Virus record (IMG/VR): IMGVR_UViG_3300037657_000028
Span: 1 to 37,563 of that record
DNA length: 37,563 bases
Strand: one strand, 5' to 3'
Source: a virus
Lineage: Duplodnaviria; Caudoviricetes
A program made the translations under genes and the position numbers. Below the pieces are notes generated by a model that did no database searches, was not told the origin of the DNA, and saw nothing but the letters and a program-made list of their open reading frames with translations. This document shows positions 16,743-26,347 of the stretch, piece by piece; within the stretch, counting starts at the first letter, position 1; every line of letters starts with the position of its first letter.

Positions 16743-19073
16743 ATGGCGATGACAGAAGCAGAAAAGATGGAAAAAGCAAGAATCCGTCAAGCATACATGG
16801 ACGATTTGCAAGCAAAGGCCAAGGCGCTTGGTATCGCACCAGGGGCCGCACCTGGAACAATATTAAACGCATATGCTGCGGCGGCACAGGCACAAGGGCT
16901 TGATCCTAACGGGGCGTATAACCCTCAAGCGATAGCGCCACAACAGCAAAACGGCGTTGACCCAACGAGGAACGTTCAGCCTGTTCAGCAGCAATACATG
17001 CCTACTCCTCAGAAGCCGGGTGACTTGCCCAACAAACAAGTTGTTAGATCGGGTGGTCAGCCACAAGGTCAACCTACTGATTTAGCCCAATATGCCTTGA
17101 ACGACATTATGGGCAACATTGGATGGGGGTCTGGGAATAACATCAACGGGAATATTCCTGAAGGCCAAACCCCACAACAGTATTTAGTAGGGCAAGCGAC
17201 GGACGATTTGGGCTTTGGGGGATCAAACATATTTTCGGGGGCCGGTGATATTTGGGACGCAGTTTCAGGGCAGGCCGCAAAAGACGCAGCTAAGAAAGTA
17301 GTCGGAGCAATCGGCAAAGCCGGTGAAATCTCCAAAGAAGCAGCCGAGCAAGCCAGAAACGACATCTGGAATGATTACGGTGAAGCCTTCAAAATGTATG
17401 CCGGGTTGATGGGCGAATCCCAAACAGCATTAGGCCAGGGCGCACAGGATGTCAGAAACACCCTTTGGAATACCGGGACCATGCTCAGTGGCATGATGGA
17501 CAAAGGCGAGGCAGCCGCACAACAGGCTCTTCAAACTGGTAGCAATGACGCACTTGCGACATATGGCAGAGCGTATCAAGTTGGAGAGGATGCGCTAAAG
17601 GGTGGCGGGGCCAATGCGGTCGACACATACGGAAGGGCCTATGATGTAGGGGCAAACGCTCTAAGGGATAGCGCTCAAGGATCGATAGGGGATTACCAGA
17701 ACGCTTTCCAGTACGGAGAAGGGGCCGTCCAACAGGCCGGAAGCGACGCTTATAATACGGTGAGAGGCTACGGAGCGGATGCCATAGGAGCAGCGAACGC
17801 CGGTATGGGTCAGGCCAGGGGCGACATCGTTGGAGGTTTACAGGCTACCAGGGACACGTTAAACAACAATTACGGAGCGGCGAACGCTACTTTACAAAGC
17901 GGTCTTGCAGATGTGGCAAGATTAACAGACCCGACAAGAGCTTTAAACCGGATCGACCAAGGGGTTGCCGGTGCAGTCGGAGAGCTTGACACTTACTCGA
18001 ATCTTGGCGACCAGGCCGCAATGAGGGAAGCTGCAATGTCTGGCGCTCTTGGTCAGGCAGCACAGCAAAGAGCTTTTTCTGAATTCACGGAAAGCCCAGG
18101 GCAGAAATTCCTCAGAGAACGTCAAGAACAATCATTGCTTAGGAATTCAGCAGCGACAGGCGGTCTTGGCGGCGGGAATGTGCGTACCGCCTTACAAGAA
18201 CAAGCCTATGGGATTGCAGCCCAACAGCAACAACAGCAGATCGAAAATTTGCGGTCAATCGCAGGGGTCGGCGCTAATGCCTCAAACGCTCAGGGCAATT
18301 ACAAAATGGCCGGGGGAACGGCGGGGGCGGATGTCATAACCCAAAATCAGATGGCCGCTTTAAATGCCAACGTTGGGTACAGAAACGCCATAGCCGGGAA
18401 CCAGACAAATCTTGGCCAGACGATGGCCGGTTACGAGAATAACGCCGGTAATTCACTATCAAATCTATCGGCCCAAATGGGCATGAACGAGTCCCAATTG
18501 AGGGCCATGCTTGGCCTGGAGTTGGGGAACATATCACAGCAAACAGGTAACACCCTTGCGGGGTTGTCGGCCAATACCGCCCAAAATATCGCCGGTGTTA
18601 GACAGGGTTACGGATCAACTTTGGCCGGATTGGCAGCACAGGCAGGGCAGGGGGTAGCGGGAGCACAACAGGCGACAGGGAACGCAATAGCCGGGTTATC
18701 TTCACAAGCCGGTCAGGATGTGGCAGGGTTGCAGCAATCAACCGGGTTGAATCTTGGGTCTCTTCTCTCACAGTATATGCAGAATCGGGCCGGTATTGGG
18801 CTTGATCTTGGTAAGACGGCAGCCGGAGCCTATGATACATATTCAACCAACCTATCAAATCTTTTGTCGGGTTCAGCGAATAACTTGGCGAATCTTGCGG
18901 TGGGTCGTGGTACGGCTCTTGGCAATATCAACTTGCAATCAGGAAACACTCTGGCGAATTTGGCGGTTCAGGCTGGTAACGCACAGGCCGCTGGTATACA
19001 AGGTCAAGCTAATGCTATTAATAATTTGATGGGACAAGGTCTTGGGATACTTGGTGCTAAATGGGTTCTTTAA
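16743..19073 (+). CDS. DNA ejection protein (gp7-like, greatly extended)
   Basis: SPGQKFL...RNSAATGGLGGG motif; G/A/Q/N-rich 11/22-residue repeats. Confidence 0.75.
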   Translation: MAMTEAEKMEKARIRQAYMDDLQAKAKALGIAPGAAPGTILNAYAAAAQAQGLDPNGAYNPQAIAPQQQNGVDPTRNVQPVQQQYMPTPQKPGDLPNKQVVRSGGQPQGQPTDLAQYALNDIMGNIGWGSGNNINGNIPEGQTPQQYLVGQATDDLGFGGSNIFSGAGDIWDAVSGQAAKDAAKKVVGAIGKAGEISKEAAEQARNDIWNDYGEAFKMYAGLMGESQTALGQGAQDVRNTLWNTGTMLSGMMDKGEAAAQQALQTGSNDALATYGRAYQVGEDALKGGGANAVDTYGRAYDVGANALRDSAQGSIGDYQNAFQYGEGAVQQAGSDAYNTVRGYGADAIGAANAGMGQARGDIVGGLQATRDTLNNNYGAANATLQSGLADVARLTDPTRALNRIDQGVAGAVGELDTYSNLGDQAAMREAAMSGALGQAAQQRAFSEFTESPGQKFLRERQEQSLLRNSAATGGLGGGNVRTALQEQAYGIAAQQQQQQIENLRSIAGVGANASNAQGNYKMAGGTAGADVITQNQMAALNANVGYRNAIAGNQTNLGQTMAGYENNAGNSLSNLSAQMGMNESQLRAMLGLELGNISQQTGNTLAGLSANTAQNIAGVRQGYGSTLAGLAAQAGQGVAGAQQATGNAIAGLSSQAGQDVAGLQQSTGLNLGSLLSQYMQNRAGIGLDLGKTAAGAYDTYSTNLSNLLSGSANNLANLAVGRGTALGNINLQSGNTLANLAVQAGNAQAAGIQGQANAINNLMGQGLGILGAKWVL

Positions 19074-19088
19074 TAGAGGGTTATTAAT

Positions 19089-20402
19089 ATGGGTATATTA
19101 GAAATGATCGCTCAGGGTTCGGCCCCTGATATTCTTGGGAACGTTCAAAAAGGGGTTGGTATCAGCCGTGATGTGATGGCTATGAGAGCATACCAGCAAG
19201 AGCAGGAACAGGCGGCAAACTCGCAGAAAGCTTGGGGCTCTGGAATGAACAACCTTAAGGCGGCGGCAACCGGCGGTGGTGACATCATGCCACCATTGAT
19301 GGAGCTTTACGCCCAGGATCCTGAGAAGGCTAAATTGATTCAGGATGCCATTTTGAGCTCAAATAAAGAGCGTGTGAAGAAATTTGCACAAACATTGGCA
19401 GCCGCCGGGCCGCTTGCGTTTGATAATCCCAAAAAGGCTAAAGAGATAATCAAACAAGCTATGGGGCAACTCAACCCACAACAGGATGCGCCTTTTTATG
19501 CAGGCGGAGAGAGCCTTTTAGCAAAGAAGGACGGCCCTGAGTTCCAAGAGGGCATGTTGACTTCACTTGATGTATTATCAAAATTCGGTTTTTTACAAGT
19601 TGAGAAATCACTGTCTGACATTTCCGCAGAACTTGACCTAAAAAAACGCGATACATCAACAAAAGAGAAAAATGCAACTACAGCGGCCCAAAGAGCAGAA
19701 GACGCAAAGAAGATAGCATATGACAGGATGGCGGTAGACAAACAGAATACAATGATGCGTGTAGGCGTCAGCCAGGACGCAAACAACATAGCCCTAAAGA
19801 AATTGGAGTGGGAAAAACTTAATGCTCAAAACCAGGCCGAACAAGGCAAAATACCAAAGGATTACAGAAAAACAGAAGATGGCGGTGTTGAACCTATACC
19901 AGGAAGTCCGGCAGATCTTGAGCAAGAAAAAGTCATGAACCAGAAGCAAGCCGCCTATGATGCTTTAACATCCAAATATGAACGAATCGGAGCGTCAGTC
20001 AAAAAGTTGGTAGGCGACGAAAAGACTGGTAAAGAGCCATTAATAAATAAAGGGACTACAGGCAGAATCGGTACAATAAGGGGGTGGACAGGAAGCCCTG
20101 AGATTGCAGATATAAAATCCGCTGTTAAGACTTTGAAATCTGGTCTTGGTTTCGACCAATTAGGCAACCTTGCGGCGCAAGGTATTAAGATGGGCAACCT
20201 GAGTATTCCAGAAGTCGAGGCTTTACAGTCTAACGTTGCTGATTTGACCCTTGAGGGAAGCCCGAAAGCTTTAATCGAAAAGTTGGGTATCATTATGACC
20301 GAATACGACCGGTTAGTTAATGCTGCAAAAAAAGACATGGTATCATCCAAAGGGTCGCGCGACAAACGTTTATACTATGGCGGAAGCGGGGAACGAAAAT
20401 GA
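19089..20402 (+). CDS. DNA ejection protein (gp20 position)
   Basis: Helical K/A-rich; PIPGSPAD and MGNLSxxE motifs; gene order. Confidence 0.65.
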   Translation: MGILEMIAQGSAPDILGNVQKGVGISRDVMAMRAYQQEQEQAANSQKAWGSGMNNLKAAATGGGDIMPPLMELYAQDPEKAKLIQDAILSSNKERVKKFAQTLAAAGPLAFDNPKKAKEIIKQAMGQLNPQQDAPFYAGGESLLAKKDGPEFQEGMLTSLDVLSKFGFLQVEKSLSDISAELDLKKRDTSTKEKNATTAAQRAEDAKKIAYDRMAVDKQNTMMRVGVSQDANNIALKKLEWEKLNAQNQAEQGKIPKDYRKTEDGGVEPIPGSPADLEQEKVMNQKQAAYDALTSKYERIGASVKKLVGDEKTGKEPLINKGTTGRIGTIRGWTGSPEIADIKSAVKTLKSGLGFDQLGNLAAQGIKMGNLSIPEVEALQSNVADLTLEGSPKALIEKLGIIMTEYDRLVNAAKKDMVSSKGSRDKRLYYGGSGERK

Positions 20403-22627
20403 TATATGCTCACCTTGAAGACGGTCGAGAGATACCGTTCCCGGACGGAACAGACGAGGGAGTGATAGACGCTAAGGTTAAGGAGATCCTTAAGGCAGGA
20501 CCGCCGCCCCAGCCTCAGAAAGAAGAGACATCCATTGGCCCATACAAAGAGCTTGCTCAAGAAACAGCATCCGGGTTTGGAGGGCTTTTAAAAACAGGGG
20601 CTATCCAGACTGGTGAAGGCATAACGGCAATGGCCCGTGGTGTAGGTTTGGTCGACCCGGCTGATGAATCAGAAAAAAGGTCTATGGCTGCGCTGGAAGC
20701 AGAGAGGCCCTATACATCTTTTGCCGGCAAAACTATTGGTGAATCCATACCGTCAGTTGCAGCTACAGCTTTAACTGGTGGAGCAGGGATGGGCGTCTCC
20801 GCAGCTTTCCCAAAGGTCGCAAACGCAATGTCTAAAATTGCAGTGGCAGCCAAGAATTCCCCTAAATTAATGAAAGCTCTTGGTTTGGCCGGAACAGTAG
20901 GGGCCGGGGCAACGGAAGGCGCAATAATCACAAGAGGCAGGGGTGGTAGTCCAACTTTGGGCGGTGCTGGTGGAGGCATTATGGCGGGTGTCATGGCGGC
21001 GATATCTCCAAAGCTTGGCCATTACGCAGACAATATCTATGCCAAAGTGACAGGGAAAGCGCCAAATGGGGCATTATTAACGCCAGATTTCAAACCGACT
21101 CAAGAACTTATTGACGGCATGGCCCAGGTAGGCGTTGGGCCAGGTGATTTTGACGACCAACTTGTCAAAAATATTGTTGGGGATCTCCTCCCTGGAAGCG
21201 ATCCTAAACAGACAGCCAGACTATTAGAATTTAAAAACCTTGACCCCGACTTCCCGGTGACAAAGAGCAATATCACGGGCAAACAAGCGGACCAAATCGA
21301 TGAACAGCGGATAGGCGGTTCGAAAGTTGCGGATGGGAGTTCTGAGGTTCGGGACGTTTGGAAAGCACAAGCCGAAACCGTTGAATCTAAATTGCGTGAT
21401 GTTGGGAATAAGGCCGGTGACGCAAGCCTCATGGGAGAATCTACGAAGAGTGGCCTTGCGAAGAGGGAAGAGATATTATCAAAGCGAGAAGATAAGTTAT
21501 ATGGCATCTCTCGAAATAATATGGTTAATGTGAAGGGGCTTGAACTCGTTCCGTATGTTTCAGACTTTTCGCAAGTTTTGCCTTCCGAAGACATAATTGA
21601 GAATATGTCAATTTACGCTCCTGAGAAAGTCAAACAGATCCGGGCTTTGTTGGCAAAATATAAAGTAGACACTTCAAAGGAGGCCTTAGAAATTGCCAAA
21701 TCAGCCGGGGTAAAAGATAAAAATATTAAACCGTTATCGCTTGATAATTTCGATACTTTTCGGAAAGCTCTTGGAAATACAATGGGTGGCGAAGATGGGA
21801 AATACGCCGCAGTGATAGCAAAGCCTATCATTAAACATTTGGACTCAGAAGTTGATAGGGTTATCAAAGCTCTGGAAGATGGCGGGATTGATGAGGCAAC
21901 GAAACGCTTTTTGGACCCTCTAAAAGCAGCTCGTAAAACACACGCTCAAATTGCCACAGAATTTTCACCGCAATCAATAGCCGGTCGGTTAACTGATAGT
22001 AAATATGATAATTATACGAGCGTCATTGAAGCAAGCAAGGTTTACCAGTCCATCTTAGGAGGGAACCAGCCTAAAGAATACGCCGGGAGGGTTGTTGACA
22101 GTTTGCAAAAGGCGGGCCAACCAGGGAAGAAAGCAATGGGAAACTTGCAAGCCGCAGTAGTTCTTGATATAATTGATGCTGGGTTAAAATCGGAAACACG
22201 TAAGATTGATGGCCAAAAAATAATATCTTACACGAATGTTAAAAAGCGAATCGATGCAATTGGAGATGACCGATTGAAAACGATCTTTAGGAATAATCCG
22301 GATGGGTATAGGCAATTAAAGAAGATCTACAATGTGTCTTCTCAGCTCATACCTGATTCGGGAGCCATGCAGAAGGGTAGCGCCCAACAGAATTTTGATA
22401 TAGCTCTGTCATGGTTAAGCAAATTTCCGGTTGTAGGCGAACCATTGTCAAAGATCGCCAAAGGTGCCCAGGTACTACACAAATTAGGCGGTGACAAAAA
22501 GGCCATTGATGAAATGCTTAAGGCACGGCCCGACATAAAGAAAACGGTCGGGGTATTAGAAAAAGCTGCCCCGAATTATCTAAGATCTCTTGGTGTCGCA
22601 GCAGCAATAGACGGGGAGGATGAATGA
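20399..22627 (+). CDS. DNA ejection protein (gp16 position)
   Basis: EDGREIPFPDGTD N-terminus, Gly/Ala hydrophobic segments, long helical body. Confidence 0.65.
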   Translation: MIYAHLEDGREIPFPDGTDEGVIDAKVKEILKAGPPPQPQKEETSIGPYKELAQETASGFGGLLKTGAIQTGEGITAMARGVGLVDPADESEKRSMAALEAERPYTSFAGKTIGESIPSVAATALTGGAGMGVSAAFPKVANAMSKIAVAAKNSPKLMKALGLAGTVGAGATEGAIITRGRGGSPTLGGAGGGIMAGVMAAISPKLGHYADNIYAKVTGKAPNGALLTPDFKPTQELIDGMAQVGVGPGDFDDQLVKNIVGDLLPGSDPKQTARLLEFKNLDPDFPVTKSNITGKQADQIDEQRIGGSKVADGSSEVRDVWKAQAETVESKLRDVGNKAGDASLMGESTKSGLAKREEILSKREDKLYGISRNNMVNVKGLELVPYVSDFSQVLPSEDIIENMSIYAPEKVKQIRALLAKYKVDTSKEALEIAKSAGVKDKNIKPLSLDNFDTFRKALGNTMGGEDGKYAAVIAKPIIKHLDSEVDRVIKALEDGGIDEATKRFLDPLKAARKTHAQIATEFSPQSIAGRLTDSKYDNYTSVIEASKVYQSILGGNQPKEYAGRVVDSLQKAGQPGKKAMGNLQAAVVLDIIDAGLKSETRKIDGQKIISYTNVKKRIDAIGDDRLKTIFRNNPDGYRQLKKIYNVSSQLIPDSGAMQKGSAQQNFDIALSWLSKFPVVGEPLSKIAKGAQVLHKLGGDKKAIDEMLKARPDIKKTVGVLEKAAPNYLRSLGVAAAIDGEDE

Positions 22628-23454
22628 GAATAATCGAGGCGTTCAAACAGTTTTTTGACGATAATGGAGACCCTTTGGCCGGTGGGAAGCTTGAGTTTTT
22701 TGAAACTGGTTCTACGAGCACACATAAAGCCACATATTCCGATGCGGCCGAAACAGTACCAAACACCAACCCCGTCGTCCTTGATGCTGAAGGAAGGGCA
22801 GGAGACATATTCGGGACCGGATCTTATAGAGTTGTTTCGTATGAGGTAACCGGTGCAGGTGATGTGCAAATTGAAGTGTTTGACCCCGTTGGTGGGACGT
22901 TTGGGATAGGGGCGTTTGACGATTGGGACTCTGAAAAAATATATGATATCAGTAATCTCGTCACCGGGTCTGATGGTCAATATTATCGTTCGTTAATCGC
23001 CGCAAACGTTGACTATGACCCAACAACCTCTCCACCCCCGACTCCTCCTAAATGGGAACAAATATTCATCGAGGCCGCTACAAAGTTCAGATCGCTTGCG
23101 GTTGCGGACCTTGCGGACCCTTCAACGCCTTCAGTTTTAACCGCAGCCGAAACAACGAATACGGTCATAAGTAATTATAAGGCAACGGGGGCGGACCATG
23201 TGTTCACGATGCCAGCGGCACACATTAACGGTAACGTCATGTTTATGGTCGGTGACGAATTCCAGGTGGACATCGAGCCGGTATCAGGCGACAACTTTTA
23301 TCTGAACGGTGCAGCAATGGCCGCAGACGAGCACATAGTCAATTCATCTGATACCATCGGAAGGTACATTGTCGGATTTTGCGCAAACATCAACGGGACT
23401 CTGAAATGGATGTTCGAATCCAAATACTATGAGTGGCAGGAGGCAACCCCTTGA
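22624..23454 (+). CDS. Short tailspike/adaptor with head-binding-type N-terminal domain
   Basis: QFFDDNGDPLAGGKL...TYSD...NTNPVVLDAEGR typical of podovirus spike N-termini. Confidence 0.8.
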   Translation: MRIIEAFKQFFDDNGDPLAGGKLEFFETGSTSTHKATYSDAAETVPNTNPVVLDAEGRAGDIFGTGSYRVVSYEVTGAGDVQIEVFDPVGGTFGIGAFDDWDSEKIYDISNLVTGSDGQYYRSLIAANVDYDPTTSPPPTPPKWEQIFIEAATKFRSLAVADLADPSTPSVLTAAETTNTVISNYKATGADHVFTMPAAHINGNVMFMVGDEFQVDIEPVSGDNFYLNGAAMAADEHIVNSSDTIGRYIVGFCANINGTLKWMFESKYYEWQEATP

Positions 23455-24317
23455 ACGTTGGTTTGACAGGTGGTTTAGCGCGAGTCACTTATTTCAACCT
23501 TGTGGCCTACATTGATTCATTCAACGAATCATTACGGTGCTATGGCTGGAACGGTAAAACGTGGGCGCAATATGGAACTGGCCTAACCGTTTCAGGCGTC
23601 GGATCGCCGTCTATTGTGCGCTTTGACAATTACGATATTGCCCTTATTGATTCTGATTTGTCGGCGATAAAAACGTTCCGGTTCAACGGCATGGCATGGG
23701 CCGCTGTTGGGAATTCGTTTGCCATTACCCCTTTGTCGGTTGGCGTTCCGAAAGTAGCCCGGCTGAACAATACCGATATTGCTCTTGTTGGTGATACCAT
23801 CGACGAGTTGAGAACTTACAGGTGGTCGTCTCCCGATTGGTCATTGGTTGGTTCTGGTCTTGCGTTAACCGACATGGCGGACCCTTCAATGGATTCGTTG
23901 TCAGGCACAACGGTTGCGCTATATGATGCTTACCATGACACATTGTTGTCGTATTCGTTCAATGGGACAATATGGACCTCTGCCAGCGATCCTTTGACGG
24001 TAACGGCTTCATCACATTCTAATATGACCGCCCTCAATAGCACAACGATAGCCTTCATAGACATAGGGAACGAGGCATTAACAACCTACACTTTGAGCGG
24101 GTCAACGTGGTCATCTACAGGAACACCTTTGACTATATCGGGAGTAGACCATAATGTCGGCACATGCAGACTAAACAGCACAGACATAGCGTTAATTGAC
24201 GGCGGGAACAAATCATTGAAAACATATAGATGGAGCGGGTCAACGTGGTCGACGGTTGGCATCGGTTTAACAATAACAGGCACAACGTATCAACCAGCAT
24301 TAGCAACATTGTATTAA
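23451..24317 (+). CDS. Beta-propeller-like repeat protein
   Basis: Six ~46-aa repeats IAxID....LxTYxWxGxxWxxxGxxLT; AGGAGG-N7-TTG start. Confidence 0.75.
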   Translation: MNVGLTGGLARVTYFNLVAYIDSFNESLRCYGWNGKTWAQYGTGLTVSGVGSPSIVRFDNYDIALIDSDLSAIKTFRFNGMAWAAVGNSFAITPLSVGVPKVARLNNTDIALVGDTIDELRTYRWSSPDWSLVGSGLALTDMADPSMDSLSGTTVALYDAYHDTLLSYSFNGTIWTSASDPLTVTASSHSNMTALNSTTIAFIDIGNEALTTYTLSGSTWSSTGTPLTISGVDHNVGTCRLNSTDIALIDGGNKSLKTYRWSGSTWSTVGIGLTITGTTYQPALATLY

Positions 24318-24331
24318 TTAGGAGGTTTATT

Positions 24332-24718
24332 GTGAAGAAGGTTATTTTTATTTTATTGATCTCATTGGCGCTATACAGTGTATGCTATGCGGATAAAAAG
24401 CCATACACTTATGGGACGGCGGCAAACACAGCGCTCAGCGTCACACACACTGGCGGCCCGTACAACAGGACGTTGAAAGAGGTTCGGTTTCACCTTGCTT
24501 CGGCTCCAACGACATCGGAGAATTTTATCATATCGATCGAGTCAGGATTAGGATCGGAATATAATTGTGTTATCGTGTCGGAAGATATGCAGAGCGCGAC
24601 TGATTTGTATTATGCGCCTGTTAACCCTATTGAGTTGACAGACCCAAACGACAAATTCAAATTCACCTACACGAACACGGATGTCATTATGTATGGCCTT
24701 GAGGTGCTTTATGAATAA
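24332..24718 (+). CDS. Signal-peptide-bearing beta-rich protein
   Basis: AGGAGGT RBS, GTG start; MKKVIFILLISLALYSVCYA|DKK. Confidence 0.75.
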   Translation: MKKVIFILLISLALYSVCYADKKPYTYGTAANTALSVTHTGGPYNRTLKEVRFHLASAPTTSENFIISIESGLGSEYNCVIVSEDMQSATDLYYAPVNPIELTDPNDKFKFTYTNTDVIMYGLEVLYE

Positions 24719-25751
24719 GACAATCATAGCGGCACTTATCGTTTTATTGGTTGCTGGTTATTCATCCGCTGAATTAAGGGTCGACGGTGTTAATATGGAA
24801 GCCGGGACCGGGTCAACGGGTGGGGCGACGGCCTTTAATGATATCGGAGACCCAACGGCAAACGGAACAGTCAACATGACTGATAAAATACAAACATTTA
24901 CCTTCGCTACCGGTTCAGCTCTTAGGTTCCAGGGTACGGATGCCGGTGACTATTGGGAATTCGTTTATAGTGCCGGGAACGTATTGCTAAGGCCAGTCGG
25001 GGGGGCGTTCGCACAGCTTGGAATATTTACGATAGAAAGCGATGATGTGGCATTGCAGACAACTTCAGGTGCTTCATCCGCAACCGTTATCCAGGCTGAA
25101 GATACAGACACGAGCACATATTCTCCATTGATAATGGCTGTTAACGGGGCCGATCCTTATGGAACTTTAGGAGGCCAGACGAATAATTGGCGTTGGTTTA
25201 CAGACGGGACTCTCGAAACGACTGGAACAGCCATGATCGAAATCCCAAATAGCACAAGCGACATGGCTTTAACTGCAACAAAGAACTTGTCTCTTAATTA
25301 CACTGATGACCAGATCAATTTACACATGGGTTCAACCGGCGAAGCACAAGGGGAAGTGGCGGTCAGCGTTCTTCAGCATATCAAAATGAGTTTTGACCCT
25401 AAGGCGGTATGTGACGGAGCGGTTGACAGACTGTTCATTATGACGGTTGGTGATGATGCCAAAGAAGGTATCCATATCACAGAATGGAAGGTATCGTTTG
25501 AGGCGGACCCAACAACCGAAGCGGATTTTGATTTGAAATATGCCGACGCTTTTATCGGAGTTGCGAATGCAACCGTTATCGATGCCCTTGACACTACAAC
25601 AGGGGCAAGCACGGAAGATACAGACGCAAATATCAACTCAGGAAACGCCATAGCAAACGGCAAGGTGCTTTATCTTGAATTCGGTACGGCATACACAGAA
25701 ACGACGCACCAGGTTATTTTCGAAATGTGGTATTACGCCGAGGAGGATTGA
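24711..25751 (+). CDS. Signal-peptide-bearing tail-fibre-like protein
   Basis: GAGGTG RBS; MNKTIIAALIVLLVAGYSSA|ELR; T/G/A/D-rich. Confidence 0.75.
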   Translation: MNKTIIAALIVLLVAGYSSAELRVDGVNMEAGTGSTGGATAFNDIGDPTANGTVNMTDKIQTFTFATGSALRFQGTDAGDYWEFVYSAGNVLLRPVGGAFAQLGIFTIESDDVALQTTSGASSATVIQAEDTDTSTYSPLIMAVNGADPYGTLGGQTNNWRWFTDGTLETTGTAMIEIPNSTSDMALTATKNLSLNYTDDQINLHMGSTGEAQGEVAVSVLQHIKMSFDPKAVCDGAVDRLFIMTVGDDAKEGIHITEWKVSFEADPTTEADFDLKYADAFIGVANATVIDALDTTTGASTEDTDANINSGNAIANGKVLYLEFGTAYTETTHQVIFEMWYYAEED

Positions 25752-26347
25752 TGATAGTTAAGCTATTTTGTTTTATGTTGCCTGTAATTTTGGCAATAAT
25801 CGTGCCAAACTTGAGTGCTGAGTGGTTTTATTCAAGCCCTTCAACTACATCAAGCTGTGCTGTATACGACGGTGCCGACGCGTCTGGTTCAAGCGTGTAT
25901 AGTTATGTTGGGCGGTATGACTCCGGTAGGTATGTCGGAGTACAATGTAATGAGAACGCTACCGTTTGTGAAGTTAGTTTTTGGCTATATTCTACGGATG
26001 GTGATGTTGACTCAAAAACCTATACCGCATACATTTATGAGTTGTCATCTAACACAATAACACCAGCTTCCCCTTTAGAAACGTCCCTTAATACTGTGGC
26101 GGGGACAACAATAACAAGCTCCGATACAAAATGCACTTTCCAATTTAACCCAACTTCGGTGACGTCTGGAAACCATTGTATAGTGATATCTACGGGCGAA
26201 ACTGACGGGACTAATTTTTCGAAAATCAGGTATGTTACTCCTTCAGGGGATAGCGATTTTGGTTATTGGGGAGTGTGGAGCGATGTTGGAAGCAGAACGG
26301 CATCATATGTCGACAGAGACTTTTATTATGAGGTGTCAACGCAGTGA
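25751..26347 (+). CDS. Signal-peptide-bearing beta-sandwich protein
   Basis: AGGAGG RBS; MIVKLFCFMLPVILAIIVPNLSA|EWF; S/T/Y-rich. Confidence 0.75.
   Translation: MIVKLFCFMLPVILAIIVPNLSAEWFYSSPSTTSSCAVYDGADASGSSVYSYVGRYDSGRYVGVQCNENATVCEVSFWLYSTDGDVDSKTYTAYIYELSSNTITPASPLETSLNTVAGTTITSSDTKCTFQFNPTSVTSGNHCIVISTGETDGTNFSKIRYVTPSGDSDFGYWGVWSDVGSRTASYVDRDFYYEVSTQ

Noticed and set aside
8637-22980. Many minus-strand and alternate-frame ORFs within the structural genes
   Set aside because: They overlap well-supported genes and show no recognisable motifs.
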